Shown: positions 32,834 through 42,817 of the stretch, piece by piece
How the letters are laid out: each line of letters begins with the position of its first letter
How positions within the stretch are numbered: the first letter of the stretch is position 1
Translations under genes and position numbers: made by a program
Source: an uncultured Methanoregulaceae archaeon
GTDB taxonomy: Archaea > Halobacteriota > Methanomicrobia > Methanomicrobiales > Methanospirillaceae
Reading direction: 5' to 3'
NCBI GenBank assembly: GCA_963701095.1
Contig: OY969564.1
Coordinates: 2,272,001 to 2,336,000, forward strand
DNA length: 64,000 bases
The notes under the pieces: generated by a model
Told to the model about the DNA's origin: nothing
What the model saw: only the letters and a program-made list of their open reading frames with translations
The model's database searches: none

Positions 32834-33311
32834 TTTTTTCACTACCCTGCCGTACTCTTACCGCTGCACCATAATTAAATGCAAGCATCTCTGCGCCCGA
32901 AAGGAGGGCTGCGCCGCAGGCAAGGAGCCGATCGCCGCCAGCTACAACGAGTACGTCGTCGCCCGCGCGGATCTGCGAATCAGCCGCGACAACATGTTTT
33001 GCAAACGCGTTTTTTCCCTGTGCCACAAACGCCGCGACATCTTCAAGGATTACAACCCGATAACCGGGTGGCGCGAGGATGGTTTGAAGCCGTCGGGCCC
33101 CTTCGATCCCTAGCGTTAACCTGCCGTCAGAAGCCCGGATAGTTGCAAGCCGTACTCCCCCGTAAAGGATTTGGCGAATCCTTCCGGTCGTCGAGAGCAG
33201 AAACTCACAGTCCTCAGGAAATAGCCTGGTCCCGCAAAGACTCCCGAACTGATAGTCAGCGATTGTCTGCACCCTGCGAAGCGAACTGTTCTCCGAGTAT
33301 CCTGTTGACAC
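32757..33311 (-). CDS. PUA domain protein (archaeosine TGT C-terminal-like); boundaries approximate
   Basis: IADYQFG, TGRIRQI, GKNAFAKHV, AVRVRQG. Confidence 0.8.
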   Translation of the reverse strand: MSTGYSENSSLRRVQTIADYQFGSLCGTRLFPEDCEFLLSTTGRIRQILYGGVRLATIRASDGRLTLGIEGARRLQTILAPPGYRVVILEDVAAFVAQGKNAFAKHVVAADSQIRAGDDVLVVAGGDRLLACGAALLSGAEMLAFNYGAAVRVRQGSEKNASGKHQSTPDESDDEEARHAGRAN

Positions 33312-34656
33312 GGTTAACAAACTCCTGTTCTGCGGGTTTGGGGATAAAAGCTCCAGCGGCGATCTTATGTCCCCCGCCCCCGCCGCCATATTCTGCCGAG
33401 GCATCGCTTATTGCTTTCTGGAGATCAACGCCTCGTTCAATGACCCGCTCGGTCGTGCGCATCGATACCTTGGTCAGGTTCTTGTCCTCAGGCACTTCGC
33501 ACATGATAAGAATAGGCTTCTGGCTATTAACCTTTGAAAGTGCCATCCCTGCTCCAATACCAACAATGGTGTCCGGAAACCTTCCTCCCACGTGGATATA
33601 CTGTACATAATCGAGTTCCCGTACCCCAGTCTCGATGATATACTGCAGAAGGTTCCGGATAATTGCCCGGTGATTACCGAGCATATGTTCTGCCTCGCGA
33701 TATGCAATTCCCCGGTCACCCTTGAGGATAGCGCTCCCGACTGCTGGTTTTGTCCACCTGCCACAAGCATTGAGGAGAGTCGAGTATTCCTGGGCGTTCC
33801 TTAGCGGTGTTCTAGGGATTTCGCCCGGGAATCGGTAAGTCTCGGCAAGGAGTCGGTCCACCCGTTCACCGTTTGCGATAAGCTGCTCGGCAAGTGCTGA
33901 GATGATCCGGCGCCGATCTTCGTCGGAAAGTTCTTCCCAAACATACCAGCGACCGTCAGGGCTCTGCTGGACAATACCTAGTTTTTTAAGGAACTGTTTT
34001 GCGCCTTCAGGATTGTTACTTATCCCTTTGATGAAAGGATCATCATTATAGGTAAGCGAGAGGTGGACAGGCCGGGTGGCGGTCCCGTAGCAATTGAGAT
34101 CTTTTTTACAGACCTGAACCGACCCGTGCTTGATCCCATCTTCCACGATTTGCTCGCGGGCAGGCCCTACAAGCCCACAGGTCTCACGGGCCATCATGTC
34201 TCCCACGTTACCTATAATTGCAAGCTTTGCTAGATCAGCATTAGCCTCGTCCATAGATTTTGCGACAAAGTAGGCGACCCCGGCGGCACTCATCTTGGTA
34301 TATCCGTAAGGGAGACAATTTGCCTGCGGATATATGACATCTCCGGGCTGGCTCACGTGATGGTCGACAATAAGTACATCTTTTTCTTTCAGACCCCGGC
34401 CGGCAATAAGGGCCTGATGGCCTGCTCCCATATCGGCAAATACCTTAAGTGTGGCATCGTCCGGGACTTGGGGCATGGTTAATGGCTCAAGCTGCCGGAC
34501 AAAAACAGAACGGCAGGGTATTCCCTTCCTTGTGATTGCCTGAGAAAGAATAGCTTCACAGGAGATACCGTCTGCGTCGATGTGGGAGATGATGGTAATC
34601 CCATGTGCAGCCGTGATTTGTTCGGCAGCTGCCTTCACATCATCGCTGAAACCCAT
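33256..34656 (-). CDS. RecJ-like DHH/DHHA1 phosphoesterase
   Basis: HIDADG, DMG, DHH, GGGGHKIAAGA. Confidence 0.9.
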   Translation of the reverse strand: MGFSDDVKAAAEQITAAHGITIISHIDADGISCEAILSQAITRKGIPCRSVFVRQLEPLTMPQVPDDATLKVFADMGAGHQALIAGRGLKEKDVLIVDHHVSQPGDVIYPQANCLPYGYTKMSAAGVAYFVAKSMDEANADLAKLAIIGNVGDMMARETCGLVGPAREQIVEDGIKHGSVQVCKKDLNCYGTATRPVHLSLTYNDDPFIKGISNNPEGAKQFLKKLGIVQQSPDGRWYVWEELSDEDRRRIISALAEQLIANGERVDRLLAETYRFPGEIPRTPLRNAQEYSTLLNACGRWTKPAVGSAILKGDRGIAYREAEHMLGNHRAIIRNLLQYIIETGVRELDYVQYIHVGGRFPDTIVGIGAGMALSKVNSQKPILIMCEVPEDKNLTKVSMRTTERVIERGVDLQKAISDASAEYGGGGGGHKIAAGAFIPKPAEQEFVNRVNRILGEQFASQGADNR

Positions 34657-34697
34657 TGTCTATTATTTATGGAGTACTTACAGATGAAGTGTAGTAT

Positions 34698-36122
34698 ATG
34701 CGGCCCGATCTCAACTTATGTGCAGCGGATTTCCTCGAAACAGGTATAATAACCCCGGCACGGATGCGCGCAGTTGACGAAAACGCGCAGGCGCTCGGCG
34801 TCACCAGCCTCCAGTTGATGGAAAGTGCTGGAAAAGCACTTGCGGCGTCAGTACCTGATCTCCAACCGGCCTCGGTACTTATTCTCTGTGGACGCGGAAA
34901 CAACGGGGGAGACGGAATGGTGGCTGCCCGGTACCTCCAGCACGGTGTGAATACGAATGTCTTCTATTTGGATTATGGCAAACGTTCCCCGGCTAGCGCC
35001 CACCAACTGGCTGCATTGCCCGGCTGCCAGGTCAATATCCATCCTTTTGTATCCACAGATGACCTGCGTGCCCTTGCCCTCCTTTTCGAAAAGGCAGATG
35101 TCATCGTCGATGCCCTTCTCGGGACCGGTGCAGCAGGGGCTCTCAAAGAACCCTTGGCAACATGCACGGCGATGGCAAATGCATCCGGAGCAAAGATCGT
35201 TGCTGCTGATGTTCCCTCCCCTGGTATGCGGGCAGACCGGATCTGTGCATTCCACCGGCCCAAGGTGACTGGTTCTGACGTCGTTGATATTGGGGTCCCC
35301 ATTGAAGCAGAGATCTGCACCGGCCCCGGGGACCTCACACTTATCCCGGCGCGGAAAAACACAAGCCACAAAGGTGTAGGGGGCACCGTACTCATAATAG
35401 GAGGTGGGCCCTACCAGGGAGCCCCTTATCTTGCAGGCCTTGCGGCCCTTCGGTCTGGCGCCGATATTGTTAGGGTGGCGTCCCCGGTCTATGAACCGGT
35501 GCCTGATCTTATCTTCGAACGCCTCACCGGCGACCGGATCGGGACAGAACACATTGAAAAGCTCATCGCACTTGCAAGTCGAGCCGATGTCGTCGTATGC
35601 GGAAATGGTATGGGAACGGAAAGTCATGACATTGTCCTTGCCGTTGCCCCGCATTGTAAAAAAGCAGTGTTCGACGCTGATGGACTACGGCTTCCGCTTC
35701 CAAAAGCTGCCGGGGAGACAATCTATACACCCCATGCCGGGGAATTTGCCCGCATCTCTGGTGTCAAGCTCTCCGCTGATGCCGGTCATGCGTGTGGCAG
35801 GGCCAGGGCTGTGCAGGAAGCAGCAACACGACTTGGCGGCACCATTCTCCTCAAGGGGCCGGTTGACGTCATCTCCGATGGGCACAGAACCCGGTTCAAC
35901 CGGACCGGCGACCCTGCCATGAGCGTTGGCGGGACAGGAGATGTACTCGCCGGTGTATGCGGCGCGCTGCTCTGCCACCTACCGGCCTTCGAGGCGGCTG
36001 GGATAGCCGCGTACGTGAACGGCCGGGCAGGAGAACGTGTAGCTAAGTTATCGGGACAGGGCATGCTTGCTTCCGACCTGATGGACCGCATCCCGGAAGA
36101 GCTATTCAGGAGACAACGGTAA
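34698..36122 (+). CDS. nnr: Bifunctional NAD(P)HX epimerase/dehydratase
   Basis: LMESAG, GNNGGDG, TPHAGEF, GGTGDVLAG. Confidence 0.92.
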   Translation: MRPDLNLCAADFLETGIITPARMRAVDENAQALGVTSLQLMESAGKALAASVPDLQPASVLILCGRGNNGGDGMVAARYLQHGVNTNVFYLDYGKRSPASAHQLAALPGCQVNIHPFVSTDDLRALALLFEKADVIVDALLGTGAAGALKEPLATCTAMANASGAKIVAADVPSPGMRADRICAFHRPKVTGSDVVDIGVPIEAEICTGPGDLTLIPARKNTSHKGVGGTVLIIGGGPYQGAPYLAGLAALRSGADIVRVASPVYEPVPDLIFERLTGDRIGTEHIEKLIALASRADVVVCGNGMGTESHDIVLAVAPHCKKAVFDADGLRLPLPKAAGETIYTPHAGEFARISGVKLSADAGHACGRARAVQEAATRLGGTILLKGPVDVISDGHRTRFNRTGDPAMSVGGTGDVLAGVCGALLCHLPAFEAAGIAAYVNGRAGERVAKLSGQGMLASDLMDRIPEELFRRQR

Positions 36123-36592
36123 TGGTCGAATTTACTCATATTGCAGACGGAATGGCACAGATGGTGGATATCAGCGCAAAATCTGATGTTGTGCGCGAAG
36201 CGGTGGCCACCGGCCGGATTTACCTGCGGCCGGCAACACTTACTGCTATCAAGGAAGGATCCGTTGTCAAAGGGAACGTGCTTGCCACCGCCCGGGTTGC
36301 TGCCACGCTCGCCGTTAAAGAAACACCCCGGATTATCCCTCTGTGTCATACTATTCTGCTTGGTGCCATTACTGTGGACTTTGTCCAATCCGATATGTAC
36401 ATCGAAGCAACGGTGACCACGAAATCCACCGGAAAAACCGGTGTTGAAATGGAAGCCCTAACCGGTGTCTCGGTCGCTCTTCTGACCATCTGGGACATGG
36501 TTAAGTCAGCAGAAAAAGATGAGAACGGCCAGTATCCCGCAACCCGAATCGATGGCATTCATGTCGTCGAGAAACGCAAGGAGTCGCCATAA
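36122..36592 (+). CDS. moaC: Cyclic pyranopterin monophosphate synthase
   Basis: MVDISAK, IPLCH, GKTGVEMEALTG, WDMVKS. Confidence 0.95.
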   Translation: MVEFTHIADGMAQMVDISAKSDVVREAVATGRIYLRPATLTAIKEGSVVKGNVLATARVAATLAVKETPRIIPLCHTILLGAITVDFVQSDMYIEATVTTKSTGKTGVEMEALTGVSVALLTIWDMVKSAEKDENGQYPATRIDGIHVVEKRKESP

Positions 36593-36708
36593 AAGGTCGA
36601 CCTTCGATTAATTTAATATCCCTACTAACATATTCTATAGGACTACGGGATATTGTCCCGTTGAAAGGAATGTAGCCCTTCTGGGCCGAACCTTGAGGTG
36701 TTAATACA

Positions 36709-37299
36709 ATGGTTAAATCGATGTATGCGTATGTCAGGGACGCATGGGCACGCCCTGAAAAATCCTATGTGAAAGAACTGCTCTGGAACAGGATGCAGGA
36801 ATGGCGCCGTGAAGGCAGTGTCACGAGGATAGAGCGTCCGACCCGTATCGACCGCGCACGATCACTTGGGTATAAGGCAAAACAAGGCATAGTTGTTGCA
36901 CGTGTCCAGGTCCGCCGTGGTGGCCGCCGGGTCTCCCGGTATGTCAGGGCACGCCGCTCAGCCCGGATGGGCAAGAACCGGAGCACCCCTGGAAAAAGCA
37001 TCCAGCGCATTGCTGAGGAACGAGCATCCAGCCGGTACCCGAATATGGAAGTACTTAATTCGTACTGGGTTGGTCAGGACGGCAAGCTGAAATATTACGA
37101 GGTCATTCTTGTCGATGGTCATCACCCGGTCATCCAGAGTGATGCAAACCTTGCTTGGGTAGGTAACCCCACTCATCGCGGCCGTGCAGAACGTGGGAAG
37201 ACCGCAGCAGGCCGCCGTGGCCGTGGTATGAGGACCCGGGGAAGGGGTACCGAAAAGACCCGCCCGAGCATCCGCTCCCATGCGAATCAGGGCAAATAA
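36709..37299 (+). CDS. rpl15e: 50S ribosomal protein L15e
   Basis: [29 protein letters not shown]. Confidence 0.97.
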   Translation: MVKSMYAYVRDAWARPEKSYVKELLWNRMQEWRREGSVTRIERPTRIDRARSLGYKAKQGIVVARVQVRRGGRRVSRYVRARRSARMGKNRSTPGKSIQRIAEERASSRYPNMEVLNSYWVGQDGKLKYYEVILVDGHHPVIQSDANLAWVGNPTHRGRAERGKTAAGRRGRGMRTRGRGTEKTRPSIRSHANQGK

Positions 37300-37331
37300 T
37301 CTTATTCTTTTTTCCCACTAAGGTTACCTTT

Positions 37332-37976
37332 ATGAAGATTACCGATGCCTGCGTGTATCCCTATCCTGCAGGTGATTCATCGGTCCGCCGGCTAGCGCTT
37401 GAGGCAAATATGTGCGGGTTCGACAGTATCGTAGCCGCAGACACTCCTGCAGCCAACGTGTATGGCATCGATGTGATTCCGGGTATTTTCCTTACCGGGA
37501 TAACGGCAAGGGAAATCCAGGCCATGGTAAAAAAAAGCAAGGGGACCGGTACTATCGTGTCCGTCAGTGCCGGAGACAACGGTTTTAACCGGGCCGTTGC
37601 CGGGACGACCGGCGTCCATATACTCCGGGATGTCAGTTGTGCGGATAAAAAAGCGTTCGACCATGTGGCCGCCAAAATAGCGGCAGATAATACGACCGCT
37701 GTCGATATCGATCTTTTCCCGCTTATATTCGGCCGCGGTCATTTCCGGCAAAAAGCGATTCACCGCTATTTGGATCTGATGGTCCTGTACCGCAGGTTCG
37801 AGTTTCCCCTTACTATCTCATCATCGACACGGTCAGTTCTTGGCCTTCGAACGGTGCGAGAAGTCACTGGTTTATGCTCGCTCTTTGGTATGGACGAGAC
37901 TGATGTTGAAAAAGCACTTGCCGGCGTCAGCCGGGTTACCGCATTTGGGGATGCTGCCGTGAAGGTGATACGGTGA
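37332..37976 (+). CDS. rnp3: RNase P protein component 3 (Rpp30)
   Basis: FDHVAAKIAA motif; position in the conserved superoperon. Confidence 0.85.
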   Translation: MKITDACVYPYPAGDSSVRRLALEANMCGFDSIVAADTPAANVYGIDVIPGIFLTGITAREIQAMVKKSKGTGTIVSVSAGDNGFNRAVAGTTGVHILRDVSCADKKAFDHVAAKIAADNTTAVDIDLFPLIFGRGHFRQKAIHRYLDLMVLYRRFEFPLTISSSTRSVLGLRTVREVTGLCSLFGMDETDVEKALAGVSRVTAFGDAAVKVIR

Positions 37977-38497
37977 GTGTCCGTCCGCCAACACTCAGGG
38001 AAAAACGCCGGTACCTGCTCGCCCGCATCGACCCGGCTGGCACAAATCCTGAGGCAAAAGACCTGTATTACGCAGTGTACGAAGCGGTTGTTTCGCTGTT
38101 CGGGGACATGTCAGCCGCTGCAATGCAGCCGTCGGTAATTGCAGTGGAAGGGAAGTACGCTCTCCTGCGCTGTCGCCGTGGAGCCGAACGCGAGTTTGCA
38201 ATTGCACTCTCCACCGTTTCGATCTGCCGGGATATCACATTGGCGCTCAGGGTCCTTGCAGTCTCCGGCACGATCGAGAGCCTGCGGGAACGGATAGTGG
38301 CGCAGGGATCCGCCCCGAAAAATGAGGTTGCTCTCCTGTCCCACTACCAGTTTGATGCGTCCCCGGTAGAGATCGCGCAGTGGTACGGTCACAAGGTTGA
38401 TGCCTTAGAAAAGGGATTTAAAAATACACGTCGATTGTTCTTAACAACAGAAGATCTGGAGATTATCCATGCAACCACAATATCAGATGGGCTATGA
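37973..38497 (+). CDS. rnp2: RNase P protein component 2 (Pop5/Rpp14)
   Basis: [15 protein letters not shown]. Confidence 0.88.
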   Translation: MSVRPPTLREKRRYLLARIDPAGTNPEAKDLYYAVYEAVVSLFGDMSAAAMQPSVIAVEGKYALLRCRRGAEREFAIALSTVSICRDITLALRVLAVSGTIESLRERIVAQGSAPKNEVALLSHYQFDASPVEIAQWYGHKVDALEKGFKNTRRLFLTTEDLEIIHATTISDGL

Positions 38498-39191
38498 CCG
38501 GGCGATCACTGTTTTTTCGCCCGATGGCAGGCTTTACCAGGTAGAATATGCCCGGGAGGCAGTAAAGCGAGGAACAACAGCTGTTGGGATAAAGGCCCAG
38601 GGGGGCGTTGCACTTATCGTCGACAAGCGTGTCAGTTCTAAGCTGCTTGAATCCTCATCAATCGAGAAGATCTTCAAGATCGATGACCATATCGGGGTCG
38701 CATCATCGGGCCTTGTTGGTGACGCACGGGCTCTTGTAGATCGGGCCCGGATCGAATGCCAGATAAACCGGGTTTCCTATGATGAACGTATCGAGGTCGA
38801 GGCACTTGCAAAGAAACTCTGCGATCATATGCAAACCCTCACCCAGTACGGCGGTATCCGGCCCTATGGCACAGCCCTTTTAATTGCCGGGGTAAGCGAC
38901 AACGAATGCCGGCTTTTCGAGACTGATCCATCTGGTACTGTTCTTGAGTACAAGGCTACTGGTATAGGGATTGGAAGGCCAGCCGCCATGAAGGTCTTTG
39001 AAGAAGAATACAATGAAGGTCTTTCGATCAAAGACGCTATTCTCCTTGGCCTCAAGGCCCTTCACTCGGCGACGGAAGGCAAGTTCGACGTCGATACCGT
39101 AGAGATGGGAATTGTCGAATGTGAGGCAAAGGCGTTCCGGAAGATGGCAAAAGAAGAAGTCGCCTCGTATGTCGGTCAGTTTAAACAGTGA
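38469..39191 (+). CDS. psmA: Proteasome subunit alpha
   Basis: [20 protein letters not shown]. Confidence 0.97.
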   Translation: MQPQYQMGYDRAITVFSPDGRLYQVEYAREAVKRGTTAVGIKAQGGVALIVDKRVSSKLLESSSIEKIFKIDDHIGVASSGLVGDARALVDRARIECQINRVSYDERIEVEALAKKLCDHMQTLTQYGGIRPYGTALLIAGVSDNECRLFETDPSGTVLEYKATGIGIGRPAAMKVFEEEYNEGLSIKDAILLGLKALHSATEGKFDVDTVEMGIVECEAKAFRKMAKEEVASYVGQFKQ

Positions 39192-39197
39192 TCCTGT

Positions 39198-39902
39198 ATG
39201 ATCAATCTTGAGCAGGCGGTCGTCGCCCGGCTAGAAAGTCACGGGGAAAAGTTCGAAATACTGGTTGAACCCCATCTGGCAGCCCGGATTCGTCAAGGCG
39301 AGAATATCAATATCGAAGATGCCGTCGCTGCTCTCAATGTATTCGGGAATTCGTCAAAAGCAACCCGGGCATCCGAAGAGTCTTTGGAAAAAGTATTCCA
39401 CACTACGGATTTTGCAACGGTTGCAAAAAAGATCATCGAAAAAGGCGAGATCCATCTGACTGCCGACCAGAGAAAGGAGATGACCGAGGAAAAGCGCCGT
39501 AAAGTGATTACATTCATTGCACGGAACGCGGTCAACCCCCAGACCGGCCACCCGCATCCGCCACACCGGATAGAAATGGCTATGGAAGAAGCCCGGGTCA
39601 ACATCGATCCATTCAAACATGTCGATGAACAGGTTAAAGAGGTTGTAAAAGCGCTGCGTCCGATCCTTCCCATACGATTCGAGGAACTCCGGCTTGCCAT
39701 CAGGATCCCGCCCGACAACGCAGCCCGCGCATACGGTGATATTGCGGCGGCAAGCACTATGGAAAAAGATGAATGGCAGAAGGATGGTTCCTGGGTCTGC
39801 GTCGTGAGAATTCCGGCAGGTATCCAGAGTGAGTTCTATGACCTCATAAACAAGCTCAGCAAAGGCGAAGGTCAGGTCAAGATCCTCAATCAAGTATATT
39901 AA
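39198..39902 (+). CDS. Ribosome maturation factor SBDS/Sdo1
   Basis: GEKFEILV, NPQTGHPHPP.RIE.AM. Confidence 0.95.
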   Translation: MINLEQAVVARLESHGEKFEILVEPHLAARIRQGENINIEDAVAALNVFGNSSKATRASEESLEKVFHTTDFATVAKKIIEKGEIHLTADQRKEMTEEKRRKVITFIARNAVNPQTGHPHPPHRIEMAMEEARVNIDPFKHVDEQVKEVVKALRPILPIRFEELRLAIRIPPDNAARAYGDIAAASTMEKDEWQKDGSWVCVVRIPAGIQSEFYDLINKLSKGEGQVKILNQVY

Positions 39903-39945
39903 TCGATAAGACAAATATAGAAAGTCAATTCGGTGGATATTAATC

Positions 39946-40250
39946 ATGGCAAAAAGCTCCGATAAATCAGCAAAAGGAAAAGTAACCGGTAGTGCAGGGC
40001 GTTTCGGCTGCAGGTATGGAAGATTCGTCCGCAAGCGTGTCGCCGAAATGGAGAAAATCTCAAGGGCAGTACACCGGTGCCCCCGGTGCGACACCGAGTC
40101 TCTCCAGCGTAAGGGAACAGGTATCTGGGGATGCCGGAAATGCGGATACAAGTTTGCCGGTGGTGCATACCAGCCCGATACCCGGGTCTCCGGGTAGCTC
40201 TGCGTGCAATCGAACGCTCCGGTGTTGTTGTCGAAGAAAAGAAGCAGTAA
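39946..40250 (+). CDS. rpl37ae: 50S ribosomal protein L37ae (frameshift near 40185)
   Basis: GRFG.RYG, CPRC, GIW.C.KC, FAGGAY; tail VALRAIERS in another frame. Confidence 0.93.
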
Positions 40251-40264
40251 TTCAGGACTCCATA

Positions 40265-40399
40265 ATGGCAAGCAGTTACAAGTGCGCTCGGTGCAAACAG
40301 AAAGTGGAGATCGACGTTAACGTCCGATGCCCCTATTGTGGTCACCGTATTCTTTTCAAGGAACGTGGCGCAGCAATAAAAGAGCTCAAAGCCAAGTAA
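40265..40399 (+). CDS. rpoP: DNA-directed RNA polymerase subunit P (Rpo12)
   Basis: YKCARC...[14 protein letters not shown]. Confidence 0.93.
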   Translation: MASSYKCARCKQKVEIDVNVRCPYCGHRILFKERGAAIKELKAK

Positions 40400-40464
40400 T
40401 AACGGTATTTCCCGGCATCTCCTTTTTATTCTCGGTTTTCCCAGTACCTCAACGAGGTATAACT

Positions 40465-40699
40465 GTGCAGCACGAAGCTTTTCCGGTTCACTACCGATCA
40501 TGCGGAGAAGATCCTCCGTTCGCTTCTTCCCGAGCTCAGCGATGAGGTGAATCCACGATCATCTACCCGGTGCTGGCTAGAAAGGACTGATACGCTCGTT
40601 CTTCAAGTCGAGGCCCAGGACATCGCTGCTCTGCGAGCTGCCCTTAATATGTTCCTGCGGCTTGTGAGCATTGCCGAGGAAATGCAGGAGATCGCATGA
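40465..40699 (+). CDS. pcc1: KEOPS complex subunit Pcc1 (frameshift near 40480; missing from the ORF track)
   Basis: Manual translation gives LVLQVEAQDIAALRAALNMFLRLV; canonical position between rpoP and pfdB. Confidence 0.85.
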
Positions 40700-40768
40700 A
40701 AACTATCGACAGCCGCCGGTGTGCGGAATCATTTTTAATGCTGGCAGATGAAACCTGATAGGAATACT

Positions 40769-41131
40769 ATGCAGAACATATCCCCCAAAGTTCAGAACCA
40801 GCTCGCCATGCTCCAGCAGGTCCAGCAACAGCTTCAGACCGTTGTCCAGCAAAAGGCCCAGTACGAAATGGCGGTCCGCGAGGCAAAAAGGGCTGAGGAA
40901 GAGGTCAAGGACTCTGCCGATGAAACGCCGATGTTTATGAGCATCGGAACGGTCATGGTACAGAAGTCAAAAGAACACGTAACCAAGAATCTAACCGAGA
41001 AAGTGGAGACTCTGGAACTCCGGATCAAGTCCCTGGAAAAACAGGAGACTATGCTCCAAGGAAAATTTGAGCAGCTCCAGACCCAGATTAAGGCCGCAAT
41101 CGAGGGCAAGAGTGCCCCGAACGCAGCATAA
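40769..41131 (+). CDS. pfdB: Prefoldin beta subunit
   Basis: Coiled coils flanking FMSIGTVMV; ETLELRIKSLEKQE. Confidence 0.93.
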   Translation: MQNISPKVQNQLAMLQQVQQQLQTVVQQKAQYEMAVREAKRAEEEVKDSADETPMFMSIGTVMVQKSKEHVTKNLTEKVETLELRIKSLEKQETMLQGKFEQLQTQIKAAIEGKSAPNAA

Positions 41132-41197
41132 CTTTTTTGTGCATTTAATCCATTAACCCAAATAGGTTTACAAGAACGCACTACTACCCTGTGTGTA

Positions 41198-41938
41198 TCA
41201 GAGTACGAGCGATGGCCCGCGGTTTTTGCTGATCTCTATTACTTTTCTCGTACACAATTCCGCTTCCTCATCCCGGCCAAGCCGGCGAAGGGCTGCTGCC
41301 TTGTCGTTCCACGCGGTGATGTCAAAAGGATTGATATCAAGGGCATTGGTGAACGCGTCTACGGCATCCTCGTACCGGCCAGTCATCGCCAGACAGTACC
41401 CTTTATTTGTCCAGACTGTTGCGACACCCGGATTGATGCGGAGCACTTCCTCATAGCAGACGAGCGCTTCTTCATATCTTCGGGTATCGGAAAGAACTAC
41501 GCCTTTATTATACCATGGCTTGGGGTATTCCGGATCGATCTGGATCGCGGCTTCATAACTCTCCATCGCTTCATCCTGCTCGCCAAGGTGGTAATGGCAG
41601 TTCCCTTTCGCACTCCATGCTTCAAGGTGACGGGGATCGAGCTTGAGTGTTTCTTTAAGGCAGGGAAGGGCCTGCCTCAGGTCGCCCCGGTGATAGAGGA
41701 TAAACCCCTCCAGGTACCAGGCATCGGTATTAAGTGGGTCAATAGCGTGGATCTTTTCGATAACGGCAAGAGCATCCGCAAACCGGCCTATACGATCAAG
41801 GGTAGCAGCTTTTCCCAGAAAAGCCCCGAGATTCCCCGGTTCTGCAAGAATCTTCCGATCAAAGAGTACAAGTGATTCGTCGTATCTTCCGATGCAGGAA
41901 GAGAAAAACCCGTCCAGATCTTCCATGGCACACCACAT
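41198..41938 (-). CDS. TPR repeat protein
   Basis: Repeated W.NKG..L...GRYEEA. Confidence 0.9.
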   Translation of the reverse strand: MWCAMEDLDGFFSSCIGRYDESLVLFDRKILAEPGNLGAFLGKAATLDRIGRFADALAVIEKIHAIDPLNTDAWYLEGFILYHRGDLRQALPCLKETLKLDPRHLEAWSAKGNCHYHLGEQDEAMESYEAAIQIDPEYPKPWYNKGVVLSDTRRYEEALVCYEEVLRINPGVATVWTNKGYCLAMTGRYEDAVDAFTNALDINPFDITAWNDKAAALRRLGRDEEAELCTRKVIEISKNRGPSLVL

Positions 41939-42111
41939 GACAACAGAAGGTCGAAAAGATTATAGTATTTTTCTGTCGGGCATTTGTGTTATGTAGGTTT
42001 AGAAGATTTCTGTGATCTCCACAACAACAGGGAAACGTGTAGAGTATTGTTTCCTTATCCCGAGCACTCTCCTAAGTATCAAACGCATCTTTAATACCAG
42101 ATGTGGCAATC

Positions 42112-42621
42112 ATGCCTTTGATTGGTATGCCTGAAGTAAAAGATGACCCTTTGGTCGGGAAACCGGCACCGGATTTCTGTCTTCCGGATGCGCAAGGAAC
42201 ACCGTTCTGTCTTCGTTCATTCAAGGGAAAATGGGTGGTCTTGTATTTTTATCCCCGGGACAACACACCGGGGTGCACGATTGAAGCAATGCAGTTCAAT
42301 GCGGCACTCGAAAAGTTTGTGGATCTTGGTGCACAGGTCATTGGTGTAAGCACCGATTCGCAGGAAAGCCACCAGAAGTTTGCCGAAAAATATAGTCTTG
42401 CGATCCTTCTTCTGAGCGACGCAGATCATAAGGTAATCACTGATTATGACTCTTGGAAACCATTGATTCTGTTGGGTAAAGAGATATTGGGTACATCAAG
42501 AGATACATTCCTGATCAACCCGGAAGGAACGATCACCGATGTCTGGCGCAAAGTTTCTCCTAAGGGACATCCCGAAGAAGTCAAAACAGTGCTGCTAAAA
42601 AGGAAGGAGGGTATGAAGTAA
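42112..42621 (+). CDS. bcp: Bcp-type peroxiredoxin
   Basis: LYFYPRDNTPGCTIEA. Confidence 0.9.
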   Translation: MPLIGMPEVKDDPLVGKPAPDFCLPDAQGTPFCLRSFKGKWVVLYFYPRDNTPGCTIEAMQFNAALEKFVDLGAQVIGVSTDSQESHQKFAEKYSLAILLLSDADHKVITDYDSWKPLILLGKEILGTSRDTFLINPEGTITDVWRKVSPKGHPEEVKTVLLKRKEGMK

Positions 42622-42817
42622 GATAACCCGGCACAGCGCCTGCCTATATTCCATTTAACGGGCTAATGAATATCTCAAACCAATTTCTCAAAATCTGTTA
42701 GTGTAGCACATGAGATGCTTTTTGTTTAGTGATCCCGTACTATGTCAACAATCTTCTTAGGCACTACCAGGTATATTGCACCGTAGATGTAGGGGCACGC
42801 TAAAAAAGGAGGTTTTT

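Noticed and set aside
39354..40271. 305-aa minus-strand ORF
   Set aside because: Antisense to SBDS/rpl37ae; not protein-like.
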